From positions 485 through 64,484 of the forward strand of contig DAOOVT010000001.1 of assembly GCA_035370405.1 (NCBI GenBank): DNA of 64,000 nucleotides, read 5' to 3'. Each line of letters opens with the position of its first letter. Positions within the stretch are counted from its first letter, which is position 1. Origin of the DNA: Candidatus Dojkabacteria bacterium. GTDB lineage: Bacteria; Patescibacteriota; Dojkabacteria; SC72. Shown here piece after piece: positions 1 through 9,596 of this stretch. Below the pieces are notes generated by a model. It saw only the letters and a list, made by a program, of their open reading frames with translations, had not been told where the DNA came from and did not search any database. The position numbers and the translations under genes were made by a program.

Positions 1-482
1 ATGTCGTCTCTTGAAACAAGAACTTCTGTAGCCATAGCAATAGCCAGAGCATCAGCAGCGTCATCTGGTCTTGGAAGTTCATCTAAACCATATAATAGTT
101 TTACATTCTCTTGAATTTGCATTTTATTTGCCTTTCCATATCCTGTTATTGAATTTTTGACTTGAAGAGGAGAGAACTCTTTAATTAGAACATTTGATTC
201 TTCCAATGCTAAGAGAATAACTCCCCTAGCCTCTCCCACAACAATACCTGTTTTAGCATTGTTACAAAAAAGTAGTGTCTCTATTCCTGCATATTCTGGT
301 TCATGAGTAGAAAGTATCTCTTTGGTATCATCGTATATTTCTTTTAATCTTCTATGTACTGACAATCCTTTTTCAGTAAAGATACAACCATAATCAATTA
401 TTTCAGGTTTTGAGTCACTGTCAAAGTCAACAACCGCCCATCCAGTTGTTGCTAGACCAGGATCTATTCCGAGGATTCTCAT
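1..482 (-). CDS. ruvC: Crossover junction endodeoxyribonuclease RuvC; the C-terminal part runs off the window start.
   Basis: The minus-strand translation starts MRILGIDPGLATTGWAVVDFDSD with an ATG at 480-482. This is the classic RuvC N-terminus. It lies 4 nt downstream of yebC, the conserved yebC-ruvC order. Confidence 0.85.
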   Translation of the reverse strand, partial: MRILGIDPGLATTGWAVVDFDSDSKPEIIDYGCIFTEKGLSVHRRLKEIYDDTKEILSTHEPEYAGIETLLFCNNAKTGIVVGEARGVILLALEESNVLIKEFSPLQVKNSITGYGKANKMQIQENVKLLYGLDELPRPDDAADALAIAMATEVLVSRDD

Positions 483-486
483 ATAG

Positions 487-1266
487 TTATTCTATATCAC
501 TCCAAACATTTTGAACATCATCATGTTCTTCTATTCTGCTTAATGCTTCGTTTACTTTATTAAGTTGTTCCTCCGTAAGTTTCTTTGTTACTCTTGCTTC
601 TTTTACCAATTCGGCATCTTTTAGAACTAGACCCAATTCTATTATCTTGTCTCTCACAGCTCCAAAATTTTCATATTTTGTGTACACAATAAAACCTTTC
701 TTCCCATCTTCTTCTATATCCTCAATATCGAGTACACCATCTAAGTCCATTAATGACAACATTACACTTTCAGGATCTTCCTCTACATATACGTCAGGTT
801 CTCCATACTTGGGTGATTTTTCCATATGTCCAGAATATATTTGTATATATCCTTTTGTTTCAAAATTCCAAGAGACTGCTCCATTCTCAGCCATATTTCC
901 TCCTATCTCTTCAAATATTTTTCTAAGATCAGCAACCGTTCTATTTTTGTTATCTGTTAATGTATCAACCACTATTTGAATTCCAAAAGGTCCAAATCCT
1001 TCATATGTTGCTTCTTCATATATGACTTTTTCTTCTCCCTCTCCCGTCCCTTTTTGAATAGCCTTCTCTATTTTATCCGTTGGAAATCCAAGTTCTTTCG
1101 CTTTCGCTATATGTAGACGAAGTGTTGGATTCATTTCTGGATCCCCACCACCTTGTTTCGCAGCATGCGATATTAAAGCAGATACCTTAGAGAAGCTTTT
1201 TCCTTTTTTAGCATCATTAATCGCTTTTTTGTGTTTAATTGTGTCCCATTTTGAATGTCCTGACAT
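487..1266 (-). CDS. yebC: YebC/PmpR family DNA-binding transcriptional regulator.
   Basis: The ORF track protein starts MSGHSKWDTIKHKK...GGGDPEMNPTLR at the internal Met, the hallmark YebC N-terminus. The ATG is at 1264-1266. Confidence 0.85.
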   Translation of the reverse strand: MSGHSKWDTIKHKKAINDAKKGKSFSKVSALISHAAKQGGGDPEMNPTLRLHIAKAKELGFPTDKIEKAIQKGTGEGEEKVIYEEATYEGFGPFGIQIVVDTLTDNKNRTVADLRKIFEEIGGNMAENGAVSWNFETKGYIQIYSGHMEKSPKYGEPDVYVEEDPESVMLSLMDLDGVLDIEDIEEDGKKGFIVYTKYENFGAVRDKIIELGLVLKDAELVKEARVTKKLTEEQLNKVNEALSRIEEHDDVQNVWSDIE

Positions 1267-1297
1267 AGTTTTTCCTTCGACACATATTTTACCACAA

Positions 1298-3784
1298 TTA
1301 TTGATGAGTATCAGCAGAAACTTCTTTTGACACAACTTCTTCTACCTCTTCTTGCTTTTTTTGATTATTCAACGAAATACTTCTATTACCCTTTTCGCTA
1401 TAGCTTTGATTACTCCATTTTGAAATTTTAGCCTCTATTTCTTCTTTTGACCTTCCATACTTAGTTCTGGAGAAATTGACTATTTCATCTCTTAATCCAA
1501 ACCTTTCATATCTGATTGGAAGTGATTTTGCACTAAATGGTACAGATGTCATTCCATCTATACATAGTTTTATATACATAGAGTATGCATCTAAGGAAAC
1601 TAAATCTCCTGCCGTTACCATTGGAGCAAATTCCTTTTCTAATATTGCAGCATCCGATTGGCTTACTACAAAAGATCCTAATGTTCCAACATTTCCAAAT
1701 ATTGCCTGTCTAACTGTTAAAGGAAGTTGATCTATATATTGGTTTGTCATTGTTAAATTAAGTTTGTATTTTCTAGCTTCTGAAAGTATTTTTGCAAATG
1801 ATTCTGTCGCAAAATTTTGAAACTCATCAACATACAAGAAGAAATCCTCTCTTTCCTCCTCAGGAATATCTACTCTTTCCATAGCAGTAGCCTGCAATCT
1901 TGTGATAATCATACCACCAAGCAAAGAGGCTGTTTCTTCGCCCAATTTCCCTTGTGCCAAATTAACAAGTAGTATTTTCTTGTTATCCATTATTTCCCTT
2001 AAGTCTATCGTTGATTTAACCTGTCCAATAATATTTCTTGTTACTGCGGAGGCTATGAATCTTCCAACCTTATTTTGTATTGGAGATACAGCTTCTGATA
2101 GCAATTTTGAATTTTGTGCCATTTTTGAAAACTCATCTGTCCAGAATTTGTACAATATCGGGTCATGTACCTGTTTTAGTATAAATTTTCGGTAGTTATT
2201 GTCTGTCAGAATTCTAGTAACAGCGAGAAGGGTTGTTCCTTGCGCTTCTAGTGCAGTAGCTACAGCATTAGTTAAGATATACTGAAGTCTAGGACCCCAT
2301 GAGTCTCCAAATTGCTTTTTAAATACCTCTACCACACCATCAGCTATTAAGTCTCTTTGTGATTTATCCTTAAGCTCAAGTAGGTTAAATCCAATAGGAT
2401 ATTCAACATCTGTCGGATTAAAATATACAACATCTTCTACCCTGTTAGGAGGAATATATTGCAGTAAATCCTCAACTGTATCTCCATGAGGGTCAACAAA
2501 ACAAGCTCCATCACCCGACAATACATCTGATATGAACATATTTTTAAACAGTGTAGATTTTCCACTTCCTGTTTTACCAAGAAGATAGAAATGCCTCTGT
2601 CTATCCTTTCTTTTCAGACCAAACTGGACTTTGACATCTCTATAGTCTGTTTCTCCAAATATTGTTACCCCATCATCTGTAGCTTTAGGCAAATTCATTG
2701 GAGGTTCCAATTTTCTTGCTCTACTCCAAGCTATATTTGGTGTTTCTACCGAAATATTTGGTAAATGATATACAGATGCTAATTCCTCAATATTCAAAAT
2801 GTCCTGTCCATCTTCCATATGCCTGCGAATATATTCATCATATATTTCTTTTCCAGATTTTGTTGGAGTAGCATGAATGAAATTATTAAGATGTGCTGTT
2901 GTGAACTGCTTAAAACTTGCAACTACATCACGTAAAATTTGCTCAGATCTAAATTGATCTTGTGCCTTCGATATTACCCTTATCTTAAATTCAAAACCAA
3001 CTTTTAGTGTCTTGTTCTCAATTTCACTTAATTCTTCTTCTTGCCCTGGAGCAAGCTTAACAACTTCTTTCTGAGGTTTCCCATCATCCGTTGTTGTTAA
3101 AGCCTTCCCTACTCCTCCAATTATCTTCCCTATTACTGCCCCGAAGGAATCTCCATTTGGATTCTTTCCTTCTTTTATCGCAGTGATATATTCCTTAGAT
3201 TTGGCCTGCCAATAGTTTGATACAGGCCTTATGATTATTTGAAGCCAAATTCCCTCTCCAATGTTTAATTTGGACATAGCACCAGTTATTGCAGCCAAAG
3301 GATCAACTTCAAAATTTCTAAAGGTTTTAATTGGAAAAATAGAATCTTTTTCCATTTCAATTTCACCTGCAGTAACAAAATTACCATTATCTCCAGTACT
3401 CTCCTTCGTATAGTCAGTAACAAGTTGAATATCTGCGTTAGGATATTGTGCATACACTTGCCCCTCTATAAACTTGGCAAGATGATTAGGAGCAACTATG
3501 TAAAATTTAATTCCTCCATCACTAACTGAGGCAATTTCTAGACTCACAAGATCTGTACATTTCTTATTTCCTTCTAAAATACCATGTATAGATGCAAACA
3601 TTTGTTCTGCCGCTAAAGCTGATTTATCATTTTCTCTAGGAACTAATATCTGCATAACACATGGATTTCTCAAATCTTCATAAATTTCAGCTTTTTCGAC
3701 GGTACTTCCTGCCCAAACCTTTAGAAAGGCTACAAAGAGAAGTGACATTACAAACAATATCAATATTACAATCAACATATGCAA
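1298..3784 (-). CDS. Membrane-anchored P-loop NTPase of the TraG/TraD/VirD4 coupling-protein-like (FtsK/HerA superfamily) type.
   Basis: An N-terminal TM helix (MHMLIVILILFVMSLLFVAF). Walker A is LLGKTGSGKST, followed by VDPHGD, which matches the DPxGE motif of T4SS coupling ATPases. Walker-B-like is FFLYVDEFQNF. Length 828 aa. Confidence 0.5.
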   Translation of the reverse strand: MHMLIVILILFVMSLLFVAFLKVWAGSTVEKAEIYEDLRNPCVMQILVPRENDKSALAAEQMFASIHGILEGNKKCTDLVSLEIASVSDGGIKFYIVAPNHLAKFIEGQVYAQYPNADIQLVTDYTKESTGDNGNFVTAGEIEMEKDSIFPIKTFRNFEVDPLAAITGAMSKLNIGEGIWLQIIIRPVSNYWQAKSKEYITAIKEGKNPNGDSFGAVIGKIIGGVGKALTTTDDGKPQKEVVKLAPGQEEELSEIENKTLKVGFEFKIRVISKAQDQFRSEQILRDVVASFKQFTTAHLNNFIHATPTKSGKEIYDEYIRRHMEDGQDILNIEELASVYHLPNISVETPNIAWSRARKLEPPMNLPKATDDGVTIFGETDYRDVKVQFGLKRKDRQRHFYLLGKTGSGKSTLFKNMFISDVLSGDGACFVDPHGDTVEDLLQYIPPNRVEDVVYFNPTDVEYPIGFNLLELKDKSQRDLIADGVVEVFKKQFGDSWGPRLQYILTNAVATALEAQGTTLLAVTRILTDNNYRKFILKQVHDPILYKFWTDEFSKMAQNSKLLSEAVSPIQNKVGRFIASAVTRNIIGQVKSTIDLREIMDNKKILLVNLAQGKLGEETASLLGGMIITRLQATAMERVDIPEEEREDFFLYVDEFQNFATESFAKILSEARKYKLNLTMTNQYIDQLPLTVRQAIFGNVGTLGSFVVSQSDAAILEKEFAPMVTAGDLVSLDAYSMYIKLCIDGMTSVPFSAKSLPIRYERFGLRDEIVNFSRTKYGRSKEEIEAKISKWSNQSYSEKGNRSISLNNQKKQEEVEEVVSKEVSADTHQ

Positions 3785-3819
3785 AGATTCTAAATTAAAA
3801 CAAATATGTTAGCAACACT

Positions 3820-5055
3820 CTAGAAACTATACAAAAACTTAATATCTTTACCTAGAATAATAACGATGTCACCAGTAGTCATAAATGATGGTCTTCCTTC
3901 AATAACTTCAAATCTTCCAGACAATATTTCAGATATTAAATTAAAAGAATTTTTGTAACCATTCATATTTGGCACATATATAGTAGTTTTCTCAATAGTT
4001 GATGGACTATTTCCATACCTAACAACATCGCCACCAGAATTAACTATTTTTCGACCAAGTTGGTATGCTATCCCATCAATTTCACTTCCATTGTATACCT
4101 CAATTCTTGCTCTCTCTTTCTCCACTGATGAATCTGCTGTATTTGAATAATGCTCTCTAAAAATCTCATCGTATCTTTGTGTGTTCAGCACTTTTATTTT
4201 TCCTCCACTTATAGAATCCTCTTCATCACAATATTTGGAATTACTTAAATCGATAATAAATATATCATTACTTCTTATTGCTCCATTTATATCTTTTAGT
4301 TCATTCAAAACATTTGTTAGAGATTTATTTGAGTATATTTTTCCATCTAATTTACCTATAGAGGAAGACTTTAATATGCTATCTAAAAGATTTATCCTTG
4401 ACGACAAAGAATTAAGAACTAACAACTCATCACTGTACTCCGTATCCCCAGAAGTGTAGATATTCTTCAAAGAACCATCTATATCATACATATTCCCATA
4501 GATACCGTTTAGGATATCAACCCCTTCAGATGTTATCCATATGTATTCATTGAACTTTGTCCCAAGAAGCTGAGCTAATTGCCACAAAGCATATTCGACT
4601 CCTCTGCCCTGCTGTAGATAATCCCCTGCATATCTTAATGATGACACAGGAATTTTATTCCCAAATTCCTCCTCTAGTCCATTAAAGTACAAACCTCCTG
4701 GTATATATATAATTAGTCCGCTCTTCTTTTTGTTATTTTTGATGTACAAATACACATCAGCTATCTTCCTCTCATTTTCATAACCATTTTCTATTAGAAT
4801 TAAAGTCTTTTCTTGCTCATTACTTTGTCTTCCTAGTATATAGCCCTCTGATGAATTTATTTGTGTATAGTCAATCGTTTTTGCAGAGGAAATATTAACT
4901 AACGCATATACTGTAAATGAAATAACAAGTATACAAAAGAGAAAAAACACAATTTTAGGTAGATATTTTAAATTAATCTTTTTCGGAGATTTCTTCTCAT
5001 ATCTTTTTTTATACTTTTTTTTGTAGTTTTCTCTTTTTTTTATACCTCGATTCAT
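3820..5055 (-). CDS. Membrane-anchored LytR-CpsA-Psr (LCP)-like protein.
   Basis: A basic N-terminus and a single TM (IVFFLFCILVISFTVYALV). The central region resembles an LCP domain in layout (IYIPGG...LRYAGDY...LLGTKFNEYIWITSEGVDIL). The C-terminal region is LytR_C-like. The assignment is weak. Confidence 0.4.
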   Translation of the reverse strand: MNRGIKKRENYKKKYKKRYEKKSPKKINLKYLPKIVFFLFCILVISFTVYALVNISSAKTIDYTQINSSEGYILGRQSNEQEKTLILIENGYENERKIADVYLYIKNNKKKSGLIIYIPGGLYFNGLEEEFGNKIPVSSLRYAGDYLQQGRGVEYALWQLAQLLGTKFNEYIWITSEGVDILNGIYGNMYDIDGSLKNIYTSGDTEYSDELLVLNSLSSRINLLDSILKSSSIGKLDGKIYSNKSLTNVLNELKDINGAIRSNDIFIIDLSNSKYCDEEDSISGGKIKVLNTQRYDEIFREHYSNTADSSVEKERARIEVYNGSEIDGIAYQLGRKIVNSGGDVVRYGNSPSTIEKTTIYVPNMNGYKNSFNLISEILSGRFEVIEGRPSFMTTGDIVIILGKDIKFLYSF

Positions 5056-6030
5056 CTAAATAAGAGATATAGTTAAAATATTTCCATCTAAATTCTTTAT
5101 TGAGAGCAGAATAGAAGTCAAGCATATTTTTTCAGGAATTCCACCCTTCCCTGTTTTTGTACTATATAATGTATCACCTTTTATATTTACTCCAAAGTAT
5201 TCTAAGACCGCTCTTATTTGATGCATCCTTCCTGTCTCTATTTTAATAATAAGCTCATTTTCAGAGATAGGTTTAATATATGTTAAAGAATATTTTGCTC
5301 CATTTCTAAAATATTTTGTGAACTTCATTTTCATTCTATTAGTTTCACTTCTTTTTATGTATCCCTCTACTTTTAACCATTGATCATCACATATAAATTT
5401 GTTCTTTTTCAGTTTACCAATTTCACTTTTTAAATTAAGATTATTCTTAGGAATATATTGGAGGAGTTGAGAATTATCCCTCTGATTATATTCTATCTGT
5501 GCATAATACACCTTCTGCACTAAATGATTTTCAAATTGATTTTGGAAATATCTTTGTGCTTTTTCATTCTTTGCAAACAGGATTAATCCAGAAACACCTT
5601 TATCAAGCCTGTGAATCACTCCACCTCTTTTAACTTTTGAATCAAATTCACCTTTTGCTTCCAGATATCCTTTTACATAGTTAGCCAATGTGTTTTGCTT
5701 ATTTCCAGAACCAGGATGTACAACTATCCCACTCTCTTTATTAATTACAAGACAATTTTCATCTTCATATATTATATCTAAATCCTTTTTCTGAGCTATC
5801 AGAGATTCTTCATTTGTTAAATTACTAACCAATCTTTTTAAATTTTCATAATCTATACTATATGTATCACCCTTCTTAAATTTGTATGATGGTTTTACTT
5901 CTCTATCATTCACTTTAAAAAATTTCACAAGATTTTCTGCGATAAAAGTCCTACTAAGAGCATTTTTTTCTAATTTCTCTTTTACGAAAACATCTGCTCT
6001 TTTTCCAATATTCTCATCGGTTATTTTCAT
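5056..6030 (-). CDS. RluA-family pseudouridine synthase (RluD-like) with an N-terminal S4-like region.
   Basis: Motifs GVIHRLDKGVSGLILFAKN and HPGSGNKQNTLANY are typical of RluA/RluD catalytic cores. Confidence 0.75.
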   Translation of the reverse strand: MKITDENIGKRADVFVKEKLEKNALSRTFIAENLVKFFKVNDREVKPSYKFKKGDTYSIDYENLKRLVSNLTNEESLIAQKKDLDIIYEDENCLVINKESGIVVHPGSGNKQNTLANYVKGYLEAKGEFDSKVKRGGVIHRLDKGVSGLILFAKNEKAQRYFQNQFENHLVQKVYYAQIEYNQRDNSQLLQYIPKNNLNLKSEIGKLKKNKFICDDQWLKVEGYIKRSETNRMKMKFTKYFRNGAKYSLTYIKPISENELIIKIETGRMHQIRAVLEYFGVNIKGDTLYSTKTGKGGIPEKICLTSILLSIKNLDGNILTISLI

Positions 6031-6869
6031 TTCTCTCTGGGTAATTTTATTGGCTTTCTAATATCATCTACAGAGACGTTTCTGACTGATGATAGCTTCT
6101 CTATTGTCACAGTCGCTTTTCTAGTATCAGCTATGTGGAAGAAAAGTCCCAAAAGAGACCAAGTAACAAAGGCTCCTAATCCTATTTTTTCTACATTCAA
6201 CATTTGTGAATTCATATATACTGTAATAATCACTGCTGTTGATATAACAACAAAAATAGAATCTAAGCAGACAAGTGCTTTCATTTCACCTAAACCTATG
6301 ATTGATTTGATTAAAATTGCCTTTACAATCCAAAAGACAAGAATTAGCACTATCATTATTAATCCTTGGGCAACCCATGTGTTATTTCCAGTTATTTTCC
6401 CTATTGAAAAAAAGGAGAACGCAAGAACTGTGAACGAAGATAGGTATATCGCAGGGAACAGATGACTCCATTTCCATTTTTTAACACGCAGAACCCACCA
6501 TGTACATACTAGACAAAATCCTAGAAGTAAAAACAGTATGTCTATCCCTAAATCCCATATTCTAAAAAATCTCCAAGGAAGAAGACGGAAGAGAAAGATT
6601 TCATTTCCATATCTCTCATATGGAAGCCAATACCAAATATATTTAGAGAACTCTCCCCAATTTCCAATAATGTAGAAGGCTCTTCCGAGTATTATTCCAG
6701 ATATAACTGAGATAAAAAAGGCGTCAAATACAGAAGAATTATTTTTTCTCGTTCTAGAACATTCCTTCCAAAATACATAAAGACATATGAATACTGTTAA
6801 AACAAAAAATGCAAGAGGACTCCAATTAGGAACAAATGATGCTATTTTTTGAGATATTTGCTCAAACAC
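6027..6869 (-). CDS. Polytopic membrane protein, possibly a divergent prolipoprotein diacylglyceryl transferase (Lgt-like).
   Basis: Multiple TM helices. LGRAFYIIGNW...LFRLLPWRFFRIWDLG resembles the Lgt GGRxGYVxxY...LFRVWDGG region, but the canonical GRLGNF signature is not evident. Confidence 0.35.
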   Translation of the reverse strand: MFEQISQKIASFVPNWSPLAFFVLTVFICLYVFWKECSRTRKNNSSVFDAFFISVISGIILGRAFYIIGNWGEFSKYIWYWLPYERYGNEIFLFRLLPWRFFRIWDLGIDILFLLLGFCLVCTWWVLRVKKWKWSHLFPAIYLSSFTVLAFSFFSIGKITGNNTWVAQGLIMIVLILVFWIVKAILIKSIIGLGEMKALVCLDSIFVVISTAVIITVYMNSQMLNVEKIGLGAFVTWSLLGLFFHIADTRKATVTIEKLSSVRNVSVDDIRKPIKLPREK

Positions 6870-6926
6870 GACTGCACAAAAACATTAGTTTAGTACAGTA
6901 ATAATACCATAATAAATTGATAAACA

Positions 6927-7673
6927 TTACCTATTTTTCTTCTTTTTTCTTTTCTTACGCTTTTTCTCTTTACTTGAAGGAACATTCACCGTATTTACTT
7001 CTGTATTTACTCCTACATTTTTTTCATCTTTATTTTTACTGACAAGGAAAATCGATCCTATTTTCGATGCAAATTCATTAAACTTTTCAGCTATTCCAAC
7101 TTCAGTTGCATATCTAATTCTTTTTGACTTAACAGCCTCTTGGACCTCCTCCTTTGATGTTTCAATTTGCTCTTTCATAACTTCCATTGTTGGAACAAGA
7201 TCAGGAGCAAATTCTGCATCATCTGCAATCGTACTTCCACAATTAGGACAATATGTGTTTCCTCTATCAACATATATTCCACAATGTGAACATTTCACTT
7301 TAAGCTCATACCTACAATTTGGACAATATATATACCCAGGAGCAAGTTGTGCCCCACACTGTGGACAATCTCCAAGTTCAGCAGTCTCATATTTAAGATA
7401 TCTTCTTTCTAAATCACCCCAATATATTTCTTCTATTGTACGACTTGGCCTTATGAGTAGATATATTATCAATCCAATTATATTTAATATTCCAACCAAC
7501 AACACATAACATATTTTTACAAATGTACTAGAAGACCTTTCGGAAGCATCAAACCAAACCCAATACAGTACGACAATCCAAAAAATCACCAGAATAATAC
7601 CAAGAAATTTTATAGCCGAATCAAAATTTATCTCTCCTATCGTATCAAAGAAATCTAGTATGAAATCCTCCAT
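6927..7673 (-). CDS. Membrane protein with a C-terminal zinc-ribbon domain.
   Basis: Two TM helices, then CPQCGAQL...CPNCRYEL...CSHCG...CPNCGS (four CxxC pairs) and a lysine-rich tail. The start is trimmed to the internal Met (MEDFILDFF) because the longer ORF overlaps tRNA-Leu. Confidence 0.45.
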   Translation of the reverse strand: MEDFILDFFDTIGEINFDSAIKFLGIILVIFWIVVLYWVWFDASERSSSTFVKICYVLLVGILNIIGLIIYLLIRPSRTIEEIYWGDLERRYLKYETAELGDCPQCGAQLAPGYIYCPNCRYELKVKCSHCGIYVDRGNTYCPNCGSTIADDAEFAPDLVPTMEVMKEQIETSKEEVQEAVKSKRIRYATEVGIAEKFNEFASKIGSIFLVSKNKDEKNVGVNTEVNTVNVPSSKEKKRKKRKKKKNR

Positions 7674-7697
7674 TTTTATACTTCTCGAATTAAAATA

Positions 7698-7783
7698 TGG
7701 TCGAGGAGGGAATCGAACCCTCATGCTATTTTATTAGCACGGGATTTTGAGTCCCGCGTGTCTGCCAATTCCACCACTCGACC
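7698..7783 (-). tRNA. tRNA-Leu (anticodon CAA).
   Basis: The reverse complement folds as a cloverleaf. Acceptor GGTCGAG/CTCGACC, anticodon loop CTCAAAA, a long variable arm (TGCTAATAAAATAGCA), T-loop TTCGATT. Confidence 0.8.
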
Positions 7784-7903
7784 ATCAGCTGATTATACAT
7801 CTGATATACATATTTTCTCAACACATACAAAATATTTATATCTCCCAAATACCAAATCGTGATAGACTACTATATACGAGTTGATTTAATAATAGGAAAA
7901 AAA

Positions 7904-8434
7904 ATGACAAAATACATATTGATATTCCTTCTGTTTTCATTCTTAGGATGGATAGTCGATACTACATATTCCTCACTCTTAAAAGGACAATACAAACCTT
8001 CTGGATATTATGAAAATATTCCGATCTGCCCAATATATGGCATTGGAGGAATTATTATCTTAAGTATTTTTTCTATTTTACAATCATATCCTCCGCAAAT
8101 AACTATCATCACTACTACTTTTGCAATCATAATGCTTGAGTATTTTGGTGGGATTTTTTGTACTGTATTTTTGAAGGAAAAGCTATGGGATTATTCATCC
8201 TCCAAATTTAACATAGGAGGACACATAGATCTTCTTCATTCTTTTTTCTGGCTTGTACTCATTACAATCGTCTATATGATTATAGATCCAATACTTCCAA
8301 ACATTACAACATATTTGAATACTGTAAACAATTCATTAGGGAAATTCGATTTCTACATAACAGTGGTCTTCTTATCTACTGTTATCATAATGACTATAAA
8401 CACGAGAGAAAAAAGATCCTTATCTATTCGCTAA
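7904..8434 (+). CDS. Small polytopic membrane protein of unknown function.
   Basis: Start MTKYILIFLLFSFLGWIVDTTYSS, preceded by AGGA. Four to five predicted TM helices. Vaguely reminiscent of PF06541-type putative transporter membrane proteins. Confidence 0.4.
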   Translation: MTKYILIFLLFSFLGWIVDTTYSSLLKGQYKPSGYYENIPICPIYGIGGIIILSIFSILQSYPPQITIITTTFAIIMLEYFGGIFCTVFLKEKLWDYSSSKFNIGGHIDLLHSFFWLVLITIVYMIIDPILPNITTYLNTVNNSLGKFDFYITVVFLSTVIIMTINTREKRSLSIR

Positions 8435-9526
8435 AATAACCATATAGTCACCATCTTGTACAATGTAATCTTTGCCGACACTTTTAATAAGACCTTTCTC
8501 TTTAGCTCCATTCCACCCTCCATTTTCAATAAGGACATCAACATTTACAACCTCTGCACTAATAAATCCATGCTCAAAATCAGTATGAATAACACCTGCA
8601 GCCTCCTTCGCAGTTGCTCCACTTTCTATACTCCAAGCATTACATTCTTTTGATGAGCCTGTATAAAAAGTTATTAAATTCAGAGTCTGATACATGTTAG
8701 ATATGATATCTTCCGCAGTTGCAGAATTTCCACTTAAAAGTTCTTGATACTCCTCCTTCTCTTCCTCATTCAAATTACTCATTTCATCTAAAATCTTAGC
8801 ATCAACTACTAATACCGTATCTCCAGTCTTTTGGATTAACTCTCCCTTCCATTCTTCAATTTTCTCAATATCCGAACCATCCTTACAATTTAATATAAAG
8901 AACCTTTTCTTCCCAGTAAGTAGGTGGAGATCATACAAAATATCATTTTCTTCTGCTGTCAAGTTCATATCAACAACTGGTATCCCTTTATTTAAGTTTT
9001 CTAATACCTTACTTAGTAAATCAACCTCTTTTTGAGCATTACTCTCCCCTATTCTCGCTAATTTCTCTACAATATCAAATCTCTTGCTTACACCCTCGAT
9101 ATCCTTGAGAATTAATTCGGACTGCACTATATCAAAATCATCTAAGGGAGAAATTCTTTCATACACATGTACAATACTTTTACTCTCAAAAGCCCTTAGT
9201 ATATACATGATCACATCCACCTCTCGAATATGTGCAAGAAATTGATTCCCAAGCCCTTCACCCCTAGAAGCACCTTTTACCAGTCCTGCAATATCAACAA
9301 AAGTCATGGCTGAAGGAACTACCTTTTGTGCATTAAAAAATTCTGCCATTTTTTTCAACCTATCATCAGGAATCTCTACCACTCCTACATTTTTATCTAT
9401 AGTACAAAAAGGAAAATTTTCAGCAGGAACTGACAACTTTGTTAATGCATTAAATATTGTCGATTTTCCAACATTAGGTAAACCTACAATACCAGAAGAA
9501 AAATTGTGAGATCTTTTTACCGCCAT
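8420..9526 (-). CDS. ychF: Ribosome-binding ATPase YchF (Obg-family GTPase, TGS domain).
   Basis: GIVGLPNVGKSTIFNALT (G1), DIAGLVKGAS (G3), and a C-terminal TGS-like region. Confidence 0.9.
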   Translation of the reverse strand: MAVKRSHNFSSGIVGLPNVGKSTIFNALTKLSVPAENFPFCTIDKNVGVVEIPDDRLKKMAEFFNAQKVVPSAMTFVDIAGLVKGASRGEGLGNQFLAHIREVDVIMYILRAFESKSIVHVYERISPLDDFDIVQSELILKDIEGVSKRFDIVEKLARIGESNAQKEVDLLSKVLENLNKGIPVVDMNLTAEENDILYDLHLLTGKKRFFILNCKDGSDIEKIEEWKGELIQKTGDTVLVVDAKILDEMSNLNEEEKEEYQELLSGNSATAEDIISNMYQTLNLITFYTGSSKECNAWSIESGATAKEAAGVIHTDFEHGFISAEVVNVDVLIENGGWNGAKEKGLIKSVGKDYIVQDGDYMVILANR

Positions 9527-9596
9527 AACTCGTTGATTATATAATAAATATAAAGATTATGATAATAAGAATAAAACATGGTATTATGATTAAGCT

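Noticed and set aside
647-979. A 110-aa plus-strand ORF inside yebC, and many similar antisense ORFs (for example 1476-1730, 1902-2195, 4181-4459, 6133-6465, 12287-12577, 14786-15091, 15512-15865, 31857-32213, 38174-38611, 45268-45477, 55340-56272).
   Set aside because: Each lies entirely within, and antisense to, a well-supported conserved gene. Their compositions are low-complexity Ser/Ile/Leu-rich, as expected for AT-rich antisense frames. None has a family-like motif.
6027-6869. A confident call of prolipoprotein diacylglyceryl transferase.
   Set aside because: It resembles the Lgt N-terminal motifs, but the catalytic H103-type and GRLGNF-type signatures were not found. It is reported only as Lgt-like at low confidence.
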